A stretch of 64,000 bases of DNA, taken from IMG/VR virus record IMGVR_UViG_3300042565_001918; one strand, given 5' to 3'. Shown in pieces: positions 9,912 through 19,972 of the stretch; positions within the stretch are counted from its first letter, which is position 1, and every line of letters starts with the position of its first letter. The notes beneath the pieces were generated by a model. That model ran no database searches and was not told the DNA's origin. It saw only the letters and a list, made by a program, of their open reading frames with translations. The DNA comes from a virus. Made by a program: the position numbers and the translations under genes.

Positions 9912-12034
9912 TGGCAAATTTTCAATATGAGTTTTCAGTAACAGGTGATTGTACAAGTAATGGTAGTGGTGCTATCTATATATCTCTTTCGGGAGGTGTT
10001 GAACCATATACAATTGATTGGGTAAATCCAAATATTGGAACAGGTAGTACCAAGACAGGGTTAGACGCTGGTGTTTATATTGTAAGAGCTAACGACGCTT
10101 TAGGTGATGTTAACAATGAGTTTTACATCAACATGATAGTATCAAGCGGTGGTTGTTTAAGTGTAAGTTCAGTTAGTGCAACTACTTGTGGAGAAAATAA
10201 TGGGGTTGTCACCATTAGTGGAGCATCAACCGCATACCCAATTACTATTAATATTTATTCGGGAACAACTTTAATCCAATCGGCAATTACCACAACAGGT
10301 GATGTTTCTTTTATAAATTTAGCACCTGGCGTTTATAATACATATTATGAAGATTATGGTGGTTGTTCAGGATATTCAGAATCTGTAATAGTAAATTCAT
10401 CAACACCTGTTGATTATGGATTTTTTATTGTAAATGATACAAATTGTTTTGGAGCAACAGGTAAATTACAAATTACAGGATTAACGGGTTCAGTACCATT
10501 TACATACCTTTGGAGTAATGGTTCAACGGGAACAACAATAACAGGATTAACCGCATCAACTTATAGTGTTACGGTAACTGATTCTGAGGGATGTAGTGTA
10601 ACTAAAGCCGTTGAAGTTAAAAAAGCCGACCCATTACAAATAGTATCTTTTCAAACCGTAAGCCCAAGTTGTTTTGCTGCTGATGGTTCTGTTAATTTAA
10701 TTATTACAGGCGGAACTGGTCCGTATTTTTATTCGGGAACTAATGGAACTACTTTAATTAGTTACGCAACTAATTTAACTTTTACAGGTTTCACGCCAGG
10801 AACCGCAATTTTTACGGTAACAGATTCAACACTATGTTCTGTGACAGGTAGTACTTACTTACAAGCCGACGCTGGATTCTCGGTATTAGCAATTTCAACA
10901 CAAAATTCAACATGTTCCGCAAGTGGTGGAACAATATCAATTAATGTTGTTGGTAATGGACCGTTTACCTATACGTTAGTTAAACCAGATTCAAGTACGG
11001 AATCTTTCACAACAAATTTAACAACTCAAAATTATAATGATTTAGATTCGGGTGATTATACAATAATCATTACTAACACTAATGGTTGTGTATTCACACA
11101 AGAAGTCACATTATATACAACAGACAAATTTAGTTTAACAACAATACTTTCAGGTACAACATGTGGACAAAATAATGGTTCATGTTATTTAGAAGTTGGT
11201 ACCGGATATACAGGTGTGTTGGATATGATATTAACTAAAAATAATGTACCCGTAATTCAATACATTGATGTACCACAATCTGCGGTTACATTTAATGGAC
11301 TATCTTCAGGTAGTTATACATTACAAGTAAGAGACGCTGACAACTGTTCGGTATACCAATCATTTTCAATCGGTGCATCTAATTCATTAGACTTTGGAAT
11401 GAGTAGTACTAGTTGTGGTGATACCAATTCAGGTGGAACAATTAATGTCAGTATATTTTCAGGTACACCACCGTTTACATATCAGTGGTCAGACAACGTA
11501 CCAATAACCGAATCAGGTCCAAGTATTTCAAATTTAACTGGTGGAACATATACATTAACTGTTTTAGATTCAAGTAACTGTATTTTAACAAGAAATGTTA
11601 CGGTTCCTTGTACACCATTTATTAATGACTACCAAGTTATACCAATTATTAGTAATGGATTTACAACCACAGTTAATAACAAAAGAGATTTTGAAACAAT
11701 GGTTAATGAAGGGTTTTATGATTTGACTACGGGAAATACAAATTGTGTTTTAGTTTCGGCGGTATATGCAGCAACAATTGAAATTAGTGGTAACACATAT
11801 GAACAAAATTTTTATACAGGAACAACATTAACAGATGTACCAACAGAATCTGAATGGGTAGATGCCTTGGAGAGTATATTATCAGGAATTACGGGTGTTT
11901 TAAGTTATACCGTTAATCCATCAACAAATACAGTTGAAGTAAAATCATTTTGTGACGGAAACGAAGACACATTAAGTGATTCTGAATTTATCATGGGGTT
12001 GAGAATTCAATATAATATTATTTGTGAATCGTAA
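9911..12034 (+). CDS. SprB-repeat-containing virion protein
   Basis: Repeated SprB-type units (GGVEPYTIDW, PFTYLWSNGSTGTTITGLTASTYSVTVTDSEGC, GTPPFTYQWS...GTYTLTVLDSSNC). Start moved from 9902 to the ATG at 9911 (TAATG coupling). Confidence 0.75.
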   Translation: MANFQYEFSVTGDCTSNGSGAIYISLSGGVEPYTIDWVNPNIGTGSTKTGLDAGVYIVRANDALGDVNNEFYINMIVSSGGCLSVSSVSATTCGENNGVVTISGASTAYPITINIYSGTTLIQSAITTTGDVSFINLAPGVYNTYYEDYGGCSGYSESVIVNSSTPVDYGFFIVNDTNCFGATGKLQITGLTGSVPFTYLWSNGSTGTTITGLTASTYSVTVTDSEGCSVTKAVEVKKADPLQIVSFQTVSPSCFAADGSVNLIITGGTGPYFYSGTNGTTLISYATNLTFTGFTPGTAIFTVTDSTLCSVTGSTYLQADAGFSVLAISTQNSTCSASGGTISINVVGNGPFTYTLVKPDSSTESFTTNLTTQNYNDLDSGDYTIIITNTNGCVFTQEVTLYTTDKFSLTTILSGTTCGQNNGSCYLEVGTGYTGVLDMILTKNNVPVIQYIDVPQSAVTFNGLSSGSYTLQVRDADNCSVYQSFSIGASNSLDFGMSSTSCGDTNSGGTINVSIFSGTPPFTYQWSDNVPITESGPSISNLTGGTYTLTVLDSSNCILTRNVTVPCTPFINDYQVIPIISNGFTTTVNNKRDFETMVNEGFYDLTTGNTNCVLVSAVYAATIEISGNTYEQNFYTGTTLTDVPTESEWVDALESILSGITGVLSYTVNPSTNTVEVKSFCDGNEDTLSDSEFIMGLRIQYNIICES

Positions 12035-12363
12035 TGGCAGCAAGATTAACCATACAATCAATAACAGGAACGTCACCGTATGATTTTTATGTTTGTGACA
12101 TATACGAAAATAATTGTTCTTTATTGGGGTCGGTATCAACTGATTCACCTGACCCAATTTTTATATTACCGAGTTTATTTAATTTAGCGCCACAAATCAT
12201 GATTAAGATGATTGATGCTAATAATTGTGAGATTAAAAAAATATTAACATGTGACTTAACTTGTAGTTTCCAAGTCATAATTAATACTGCTGAGTGCACA
12301 TTTTGTGTTGTTGTTGAACCTGATTTAACGTGTGGGTTTGCGCCATACATTGAAACAATTTAA
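12034..12363 (+). CDS. Small Cys-rich protein, paralog of 60834..61142
   Basis: SITG-PY-Y-CD-Y-N-C...LP--FN-AP---KMID---CE pattern shared with 60834..61142. Confidence 0.65.
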   Translation: MAARLTIQSITGTSPYDFYVCDIYENNCSLLGSVSTDSPDPIFILPSLFNLAPQIMIKMIDANNCEIKKILTCDLTCSFQVIINTAECTFCVVVEPDLTCGFAPYIETI

Positions 12364-12403
12364 AAAAATAAATTGTTCAACAATATTAAACTGATTTTAA
12401 TTG

Positions 12404-12410
12404 TATTTAT
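12404..12410 (+). promoter_or_regulatory. Putative late promoter TATTTAT
   Basis: TATTTAT 21 nt before ATG 12432; same motif recurs before 11 other genes. Confidence 0.55.
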
Positions 12411-12431
12411 GTATTAACCTAGATAATAATT

Positions 12432-13949
12432 ATGCCATCTTTAGATACTGTATCCATTTATATTGTAAATAACGCACCAGGTTGTTCAGACCTAACAGTT
12501 GAATCACAAGTAAGTTTTTCATCATGTGCCCAAACATATATAGTAAGAATTTCTAATCAATCTAATGCGGTAGGACCATTCAGTATTTACTCAGGTTCAA
12601 CATCAGGAACACCTATAGTATCAGGGGTTACAAGAGTTAATATGGTTGCAGGTCAAAGTATTTTATTATACAATGAAGACCAAACAGGATGTGAAACACC
12701 AACTCCGACACCTACACCAACCGTTACACCAACACCAAGTATTACACCTACTACGACACCAGCGGTCGCTCCAACAAGTACGCCAACACCAACGCCAAGT
12801 ATTACACCAACTAATACGGTAACACCTACTAACACATCTACTCCAACTAATACTATTACACCTACCAATACGGTTACTCCAACTAATACTGTTACACCTA
12901 CTAACACTGTTACACCAACTAATACGGCAACGCCTACTAATACTGTTACACCAACTAATACAGTTACGCCAACCAATACGGTAACTCCTACTAACACTAT
13001 CACCCCGACTAACACACCAACTAATACGGTAACGCCAACCAATACGCCAACCAATACAGTTACACCAACCAATACGGTTACTCCTACTAATACGGTTACA
13101 CCGACTAATACAGTAACACCAACGAATACGGTTACTCCTACTAATACACCTACCAATACCGTAACTCCAACCAATACAGTTACTCCAACCAATACAGTAA
13201 CACCAACTAAGACTCCAACCAATACTCCAACTAATACACCAACCAATACGGTAACACCAACTGAAACTCCAACTAATACACCAACTAATACTCAAACGCC
13301 AACAACAACTCAAACGCCAACTAACACTGTAACACCAACCAATACCGTGACACCAACCGTTACACAAACACCTAGTCCTAGCCCTGTATTACCACCAGCT
13401 TTGTTATTCATACAACCTGACTCTGGTTCTGGTTCAATATATACGGACATTAATACCTATTTATTCAACACAGGAAGTACCTTTTGGTTTGGATTTCCTG
13501 CGTTACCTGACGAATTGGGTACTACAACTCCGGTATCGGACGTTGTTAATTGGATGTATATGTATGCAACATCAGGAGTAACAGGTCTTCCGGCTGTAAG
13601 ACAATTAACAATAACATCAAATTTATTTGATGAATTTAACATACCTTCGGGTACTGTTCCATCAGGTGGTATCTATGGCACTGGAAGTGCGTCACATGTT
13701 ATTTTAGTACCGACATCAACTTTAGTTGGATATGAAAAACAAATAAATCAAGGAACATCTAGTCCACCTGCAGATACTATGAATATGGATAATTTAATAT
13801 ATTATAATGGTGGTGCTGCAATTATAAATTATGTGGGTCCTGTATTTGCAAATACATCATATAGAATGTATGTTGTTTCCGATATGACAGGACTTCCAAA
13901 CACAAATACTTGGTATTATAAAGGAAGTTTATATTCATTAACCCCGTAA
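12432..13949 (+). CDS. Mucin-like Thr/Pro-repeat virion protein
   Basis: Central ~230 aa of [10 protein letters not shown] repeats between globular N- and C-terminal domains. Confidence 0.75.
   Translation: MPSLDTVSIYIVNNAPGCSDLTVESQVSFSSCAQTYIVRISNQSNAVGPFSIYSGSTSGTPIVSGVTRVNMVAGQSILLYNEDQTGCETPTPTPTPTVTPTPSITPTTTPAVAPTSTPTPTPSITPTNTVTPTNTSTPTNTITPTNTVTPTNTVTPTNTVTPTNTATPTNTVTPTNTVTPTNTVTPTNTITPTNTPTNTVTPTNTPTNTVTPTNTVTPTNTVTPTNTVTPTNTVTPTNTPTNTVTPTNTVTPTNTVTPTKTPTNTPTNTPTNTVTPTETPTNTPTNTQTPTTTQTPTNTVTPTNTVTPTVTQTPSPSPVLPPALLFIQPDSGSGSIYTDINTYLFNTGSTFWFGFPALPDELGTTTPVSDVVNWMYMYATSGVTGLPAVRQLTITSNLFDEFNIPSGTVPSGGIYGTGSASHVILVPTSTLVGYEKQINQGTSSPPADTMNMDNLIYYNGGAAIINYVGPVFANTSYRMYVVSDMTGLPNTNTWYYKGSLYSLTP
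12696..13385 (+). repeat. Coding tandem repeat, 18-bp unit encoding TVTPTN
   Basis: Many imperfect copies of acNgtNacNccNacNaay with synonymous variation. Confidence 0.9.
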
Positions 13950-13965
13950 TAACTAGAGAAATAAA

Positions 13966-16900
13966 ATGAGTTTTCCGTATAAAAACCCAATAAGTTCAAA
14001 ACAATTAACTGGCTCTGATTCTGTTGCCGTTGGTAAAGTATTTGGTACTAACTTTTCAGTTCTCCAAACTGGTGGATATATGGAAGTGTATAGTATGTCT
14101 GATTTGGATTGGACAACTAATAACGCTGTCGGCACTATTGAGTATTCGGGAAATACTATACCAATTCAGTTTTCTAGAAGAACTATACCTGCATTACCAG
14201 ACACTTTAACGTTAAATTCTGATAATATTTCTTCAGGAAGACGAAGATTAGGTATGTTAGTTTATGTGTATGAAACACAACAAACTTATCAATATAATAT
14301 ACCAAACTACGAGTCATTATGGAATTCAATTACAGGATTGACAGGTGTTTCGGCAATTACACAAGGTACATATTCAACAACAGTTAACACTCGTTCAGCG
14401 GCAGGTACCGCATTTGTTAATTCTTGGACTGGGTCAACAGTTGAAGGTATATCGGGTGTAACATCATCTAACGCCAATTGGAGAATTTATAGAGGTGGTG
14501 GGGTTCAAATCACAGGTGGAACATATAACTCAGGAACAACAACATTAGATTTATACAACAACACTGGTGGAACAATATCAATCACAGGATTTACATCAGG
14601 TGGTGGAGGTGGAACCACAGTTACAGGTGGAACTTTTGACCACAATACAGGAACTTTAACAATTAATAGTAGTGACGCATCTTCTGTTAATATTTCAGGA
14701 TTTACGGATGTTTATACCACAGGTGGAACCTTAAGCGGAGCAACACTTGTATTATACGATTCAACGGGTGGAACTGTTAATATTTCAGGATTTACAATTT
14801 TAGACCATATTAGTTATGGTGAAGCCTCAAATTTAGATACAGGATTAAGAGTTATTGATACCGAACCTACGAGTGGGGTTACAGGTATTTTTTATAATTA
14901 TATTTTAACAAACTGTGACAATTACAGGGCAGGAACATTTACAATTATAACAGATAGAACAAATGTTGATTGGACGGAAGTATGTACCTTAGATTTAGGC
15001 TATACTGATGATGTTATATTAAGCGCAGATATTAATTCAGGTTTAATTAGATTTTTGGGAACATTCCCAAGCAATGATTGGCAGTTGAATTATGTTAAGA
15101 ATACAATTGGTTCAACTTGTGTTAATCCAGCACCATCGGCAACACCAACGAATACACCAACACCAACGAATACACCAACACCAAGTACTAGTTCAATAAT
15201 TCCATCTGCAACACCAACAAGTACGATTACACCAACGGTCACACCAACCAATACCCCAACAAGCACGGTTACACCAACCAATACGGAAACTCCGACAAAT
15301 ACGCCAACACCAACGGTTACACCAACCAATACGGTTACACCAACGGAAACTCCGACAAATACGCCAACACCAACAATAACACCAACCAATACGGTAACAC
15401 CTAGCACAACACCGTATTTGTATGGTTGTGAGTATCAGTTTAATTATACGGGTACAGGATTTACCGCACCTCCATCATACACTGTTAGTTGGTTAGATTA
15501 TTATGGTAACCCACAATCACAAACATTTACGGCTGACAATCAAGTAGTTGGAACATTCTGTGCACAATGTGGTTCATATAATAATGGTGGAAATGTTGAC
15601 ATCAATGCTAATTTAATTGGTGCATGTAGTTCATTACCGACACCGACACCTACGACAACTACAACACCAACAAATACGCCTACTCCAACGGAGACACCTA
15701 CCAATACGCCAACCGTAACACCAACAAATACACCAACTGAAACTCCTACCAATACACCAACTCCAACAGGAACGTCTATTGCTGAGACTCCTACCAATAC
15801 ACCAACCAATACGGAAACTCCGACTAATACACCGTCACCAACAGTAACACCTACTAATACGGAAACTCCTACAAACACTCCAACACCAACGGTGACTGAA
15901 ACTCCGACTAATACGCCTACACCGACTGAGACTCCTACAAATACTCCAACACCATCAGTAACTCCAATACCTGTTACAGGATATGGATTTAATTTAGTGG
16001 CAACACCTTACAATGTACCAACAATATCAGGAACAAGTATTATAAATAATGTTGCACCATTAAATACTGGTGACACTAACCCTAACGTATTCGCAAATGG
16101 AGCACCAAATCCTCAAGGATTCTATTTTAATCCAATTGACTATACAGGTGTTGATAGAACTAATTATTTCTCAGGATTTACAGGACAAAGTATTACAATA
16201 ACATTCAATCAAACAGGAAGTACATCTATCTATTCGGGTGATACTAATTCATTACAAACTTGGTCGGCATCAGGATTTACAGGATTTGTATTTGGTAAGG
16301 GTATTTCACAAGCATCAGGTGTAACAGGTAATACAGTCTTAGTACAATCTGCAACAACTCAGTGGGTTACAGGTCAAACTGTTTACGTTAGCGTGGAAAT
16401 TAATGTTCCTGTAACACCAACCCCTACACCAACTAATACGGAAACTCCGACTAATACACCGTCACCAACAGTAACACCTACTAATACGGAAACTCCTACA
16501 AACACTCCAACTGAGACACCTACTAACACTCCAACACCTACAATTAGTGAAACACCAACTGAGACACCAACACCAACTCCGACAGAAACTCCGACAGGAA
16601 CACCAGCGGTGACAGAAACACCAACTGAGACTCCAACTGAAACAACGACTCCAACACCGACGGCAACAGAAACACCAACTAATACTCCAACTGCGAGTGT
16701 AACACCAACTAATACTCAAACTCCATCAGTTACGCCAACATTAACTCAAACACCAACTTCAACTAATTTGAGTTCAATAACTACATACAGTATTTCAGGA
16801 TGTACTAATCTAAATGTTTTAGTTGTTGATTTAGGACCAGGATTTATAGTTCCTGGAGATGTAAACTATTACACATTCACAGGAGCAACACCAAGTGGAT

Positions 16901-17109
16901 GTTATTCAGTCATTGGTAAGATAAATGCTCCGATAGACGATGCGTTTACCGCATCATTTGGATATGGTGGATGTAATGATTGTGAGATTTCTAATATAAC
17001 TCCAACCCCAACACCAACTAACACTGAAACACCAACAAATACTCCAACGAATACTAACACAACAACAATAACTCCTACTCCAACTGTAACCCCTACGAAT
17101 ACTAAATAG
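13966..17109 (+). CDS. Modular fibre/decoration protein with four Thr/Pro linkers
   Basis: RRRLGMLVYV motif typical of phage fibre N-termini, TGGT repeats, small beta domains separated by TPTNT/TPTET tracts. Confidence 0.7.
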   Translation: MSFPYKNPISSKQLTGSDSVAVGKVFGTNFSVLQTGGYMEVYSMSDLDWTTNNAVGTIEYSGNTIPIQFSRRTIPALPDTLTLNSDNISSGRRRLGMLVYVYETQQTYQYNIPNYESLWNSITGLTGVSAITQGTYSTTVNTRSAAGTAFVNSWTGSTVEGISGVTSSNANWRIYRGGGVQITGGTYNSGTTTLDLYNNTGGTISITGFTSGGGGGTTVTGGTFDHNTGTLTINSSDASSVNISGFTDVYTTGGTLSGATLVLYDSTGGTVNISGFTILDHISYGEASNLDTGLRVIDTEPTSGVTGIFYNYILTNCDNYRAGTFTIITDRTNVDWTEVCTLDLGYTDDVILSADINSGLIRFLGTFPSNDWQLNYVKNTIGSTCVNPAPSATPTNTPTPTNTPTPSTSSIIPSATPTSTITPTVTPTNTPTSTVTPTNTETPTNTPTPTVTPTNTVTPTETPTNTPTPTITPTNTVTPSTTPYLYGCEYQFNYTGTGFTAPPSYTVSWLDYYGNPQSQTFTADNQVVGTFCAQCGSYNNGGNVDINANLIGACSSLPTPTPTTTTTPTNTPTPTETPTNTPTVTPTNTPTETPTNTPTPTGTSIAETPTNTPTNTETPTNTPSPTVTPTNTETPTNTPTPTVTETPTNTPTPTETPTNTPTPSVTPIPVTGYGFNLVATPYNVPTISGTSIINNVAPLNTGDTNPNVFANGAPNPQGFYFNPIDYTGVDRTNYFSGFTGQSITITFNQTGSTSIYSGDTNSLQTWSASGFTGFVFGKGISQASGVTGNTVLVQSATTQWVTGQTVYVSVEINVPVTPTPTPTNTETPTNTPSPTVTPTNTETPTNTPTETPTNTPTPTISETPTETPTPTPTETPTGTPAVTETPTETPTETTTPTPTATETPTNTPTASVTPTNTQTPSVTPTLTQTPTSTNLSSITTYSISGCTNLNVLVVDLGPGFIVPGDVNYYTFTGATPSGCYSVIGKINAPIDDAFTASFGYGGCNDCEISNITPTPTPTNTETPTNTPTNTNTTTITPTPTVTPTNTK
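15808..16511 (+). repeat. 77-bp exact direct repeat (15808-15884 and 16435-16511)
   Basis: aatacggaaactccgactaatacaccgtcaccaacagtaacacctactaatacggaaactcctacaaacactccaac occurs at both positions. Confidence 0.85.
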
Positions 17110-17120
17110 AACTATTTAGA

Positions 17121-17127
17121 TATTTAT
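17121..17127 (+). promoter_or_regulatory. Putative late promoter TATTTAT
   Basis: 21 nt upstream of the portal ATG. Confidence 0.55.
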
Positions 17128-17148
17128 TGTTATACTTAAAATTGTAAT

Positions 17149-19050
17149 ATGGAAAATAATAATCAAAATCTAACAATTTGGCAAAGGTTATCCAAAACAT
17201 TTGGACCGAACTCCTTATTGGGTCAAGATTTACCCACATACTCATTAGATAAAAAAGAGTTACTTAAAACTACAAATAAACAAGAGTATGAAAAGGAAAA
17301 ATTACAGGCTCAACAATCCATGTATTTATCGGGTCAATGGGCAAAAATTGAAAACAATCTTTATACTCAAGCAATTTACTATGAACCAACACGATTGGCG
17401 GCATTTTATGATTATGAATCAATGGAATTTACACCTGAGATATCAACCGCATTAGATATATATGCTGAAGAATCAACAACTCCAAATCAAGATGGTTTTA
17501 TTTTACAAATATATTCCGAATCAAAAAGGGTAAAAGGTATTTTAACTGATTTATTTAATAATGTATTGGATGTTAATACCAATTTACAGATGTGGACAAG
17601 AAATACCTGTAAATATGGTGACAATTTTGTGTATCTAAAATTAGACCCCGAAAAGGGTATTGTTGGTTGTATGCAATTACCAAACATTGAGATTGAACGA
17701 TTAGAAAGAGGAATGGCAGCAAAATCAGTAAATGCCGAAGTTGACCCAAAAGAAAAAGGGTTAAGATTCAAATGGAAAGTAAAAGACATGGAATTTAATA
17801 GTTGGGAGGTTGCTCACTTTAGATTACTTGGTGATGATAGAAAACTACCTTACGGAACTTCCATGTTGGAGAAAGCAAGAAGAATTTGGAAACAATTATT
17901 ATTATCGGAAGATGCGATGTTAATCTATAGGACATCAAGAGCACCTGAAAGAAGAGTGTTTAAAGTGTTTGTTGGTAATATGGATGATAAAGATGTTGAA
18001 CCTTACGTACAACGTGTTGCAAACAAATTTAAGCGTGATCAAATCGTTGATAATAAAACAGGAAACGTGGATATGAGATTTAACCAAATGGCTGTGGATC
18101 AGGATTATTTTGTTCCTGTACGTGATGTTACACAAACAATGCCGATTGAGACATTACCAGGAGCTCAGAACTTATCTGAAATAGCGGATATTGAATACAT
18201 CCAAAAGAAATTAGTGACCGCATTACGTGTACCAAAAGCATACTTAGGGTTTGAGGAAGTGGTTGGTGATGGTAAGAACTTATCATTACAAGATATTCGT
18301 TTTGCAAGAACTATTAATAAAATACAAAAAGCAATGATTGCAGAAATGAATAAAATTGCAATCATTCACTTATTTATTTTAGGTTTTGAGGATGATCTAC
18401 AAAACTTTACATTAGGGTTAACCAATCCTTCGAAACAAGCTGATTTATTAATGATTGATGTTTGGAAAGAAAAAGTATTATTATATAAAGATTTAGTGTC
18501 AGAAATACCTAATAGTTTGGCCCCAACTTCGGCAACTTGGGCTAAGAAACATATTTTTGGTTTCTCAGATGAGGATATTAAATTAGACACACAACAACAA
18601 AGATTAGAAAGAGCGGTTGCCGCTGAATTAGCAAATACCGCAACTGTTATTACACATACAGGTATGTTTGATGTTGTGGATAGATTATATAAATCTAAAT
18701 CAGGTTCGACAGAAAATCCACCAGCAGGAGGAGCACCTCCATCAGGTGGTGGTGGAGGATCATTCGGAGGTGGAGGATCATTACCTGACTTCGGAGGTGG
18801 GGGAGAAACTTCACCTGAACCTCCATTACCACCATTAGGGGGTGAAGAAGTTGGTGGGGCACCTGAAGCTCCAGCGGCACCAGGGGCTCCACCTGAAGAA
18901 GAAACTTTACCTGAAGGAAAGAAAAATGATAACTTAAATATCTTACTAGAAAGTGATGATATTTATGGTGATAAGTACATTGATTTATCTAAAGGTAGAA
19001 ATTCTTTAGGTTCAATTGAAAATGAACTGAGCAAATTATTAAGAGATTGA
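17149..19050 (+). CDS. Portal protein (T4 gp20-like)
   Basis: Y..ME..PEI..ALD, EDAMLIYRTSRAPERRVF, IETLPGAQNL, DIEYIQKKL..ALRVP are gp20 family motifs; Gly/Pro-rich C-terminal tail. Confidence 0.95.
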   Translation: MENNNQNLTIWQRLSKTFGPNSLLGQDLPTYSLDKKELLKTTNKQEYEKEKLQAQQSMYLSGQWAKIENNLYTQAIYYEPTRLAAFYDYESMEFTPEISTALDIYAEESTTPNQDGFILQIYSESKRVKGILTDLFNNVLDVNTNLQMWTRNTCKYGDNFVYLKLDPEKGIVGCMQLPNIEIERLERGMAAKSVNAEVDPKEKGLRFKWKVKDMEFNSWEVAHFRLLGDDRKLPYGTSMLEKARRIWKQLLLSEDAMLIYRTSRAPERRVFKVFVGNMDDKDVEPYVQRVANKFKRDQIVDNKTGNVDMRFNQMAVDQDYFVPVRDVTQTMPIETLPGAQNLSEIADIEYIQKKLVTALRVPKAYLGFEEVVGDGKNLSLQDIRFARTINKIQKAMIAEMNKIAIIHLFILGFEDDLQNFTLGLTNPSKQADLLMIDVWKEKVLLYKDLVSEIPNSLAPTSATWAKKHIFGFSDEDIKLDTQQQRLERAVAAELANTATVITHTGMFDVVDRLYKSKSGSTENPPAGGAPPSGGGGGSFGGGGSLPDFGGGGETSPEPPLPPLGGEEVGGAPEAPAAPGAPPEEETLPEGKKNDNLNILLESDDIYGDKYIDLSKGRNSLGSIENELSKLLRD

Positions 19051-19057
19051 TATTTAT
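19051..19057 (+). promoter_or_regulatory. Putative late promoter TATTTAT
   Basis: Immediately after the portal stop, 13 nt before ATG 19071. Confidence 0.55.
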
Positions 19058-19070
19058 AATAAAAAAGATT

Positions 19071-19787
19071 ATGAAATTCGGTAAATTAAAATCAAAAATA
19101 GAAAACAAATTAGTTGAATCATACAAAAATGATACAATTAAAACTGATATGTCTAAATTTAACTCTTTGGTGTTAAAGAATAAAAATGTTTCTAAACTTT
19201 TTTATCTATATGATGAATTAACAACGAATAAAGGTCTAAATGAATCCATTGCAAACGAATATATTAATCAAAGTATTACCGCTTATGAAAATTCAATAAA
19301 CAAAATTTCACCAAAAGATTTAAAACCTTTAAATGATTGGGTTGAGGGATCAGAATATGGTAATGAATATGATGTCGTTGATAATTTATTCTCAACGGGT
19401 ATTACAAAGTTAGAAGAAAAAATTACAAGTAAAAAAACAATTTTGGAAACAATTACAAAATCCCCGAAAGAGAATAAAGAAGTTATTAATGTACCTTTAA
19501 AAACTATGGTGGGAATAGCAAACAAAACTATTAGTAATTACGTAAGTAATCTAAGTGAATCTGATCAGAAAAAATTAAAAACTATTTTGTCTTCTAATGA
19601 AGATGAATTAAAAGAAAAATATAACTCTTTAAAAGAGAGTGTAATCTCCAAGTTAGAGAAAATCCAAGAGAGTGAGCAAGATAAAGAAGTAGGAAATGCA
19701 ATCAATGAAACAATTGAAAAAGTTAGTTCTGAATCATTTGATAAGTTGACTTATTTAAAACTACAAGAATTAAATAATAATCTTTAA
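19071..19787 (+). CDS. Hypothetical helical head-module protein
   Basis: Lys/Glu-rich ORF after the portal. Start reassigned to ATG 19071 because the promoter motif lies inside the longer ORF call. Confidence 0.65.
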   Translation: MKFGKLKSKIENKLVESYKNDTIKTDMSKFNSLVLKNKNVSKLFYLYDELTTNKGLNESIANEYINQSITAYENSINKISPKDLKPLNDWVEGSEYGNEYDVVDNLFSTGITKLEEKITSKKTILETITKSPKENKEVINVPLKTMVGIANKTISNYVSNLSESDQKKLKTILSSNEDELKEKYNSLKESVISKLEKIQESEQDKEVGNAINETIEKVSSESFDKLTYLKLQELNNNL

Positions 19788-19972
19788 TCGTTACTTTTAA
19801 TTTTTTGACGATAAATAGCCTTATTAAGGATTTCTCTATTTTTAACAGACCTTTTAGTAAACTCTTTCCTATCATTTAGGTGAGAGTTTTGTCTTGTTTT
19901 AATCACCTTACTTTTCAGCTCTTTAAGGGCTCTTTCAATCCCCCCATTTTTGGTTACGTGTACTATTAACAT
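19784..19972 (-). CDS. rpsU: Phage-encoded 30S ribosomal protein bS21
   Basis: MLIV.V...IERALK..K.K..KT.....L..RKEF.K.SV..R....KA.Y matches Bacteroidota-type bS21; 62 aa, basic; lies among head genes as reported for bS21 phages. Confidence 0.9.
   Translation of the reverse strand: MLIVHVTKNGGIERALKELKSKVIKTRQNSHLNDRKEFTKRSVKNREILNKAIYRQKIKSND

Noticed and set aside
12653-13367. Hydrophobic antisense ORFs (VLVGVT repeats; also 15090, 15540, 16462, 59001)
   Set aside because: Reverse complements of Thr/Pro codon repeats lack stops by construction; no independent start signals.
12696-13385. Possible CRISPR array or non-coding repeat
   Set aside because: No constant repeat with unique spacers; variation is at third codon positions within an open frame.
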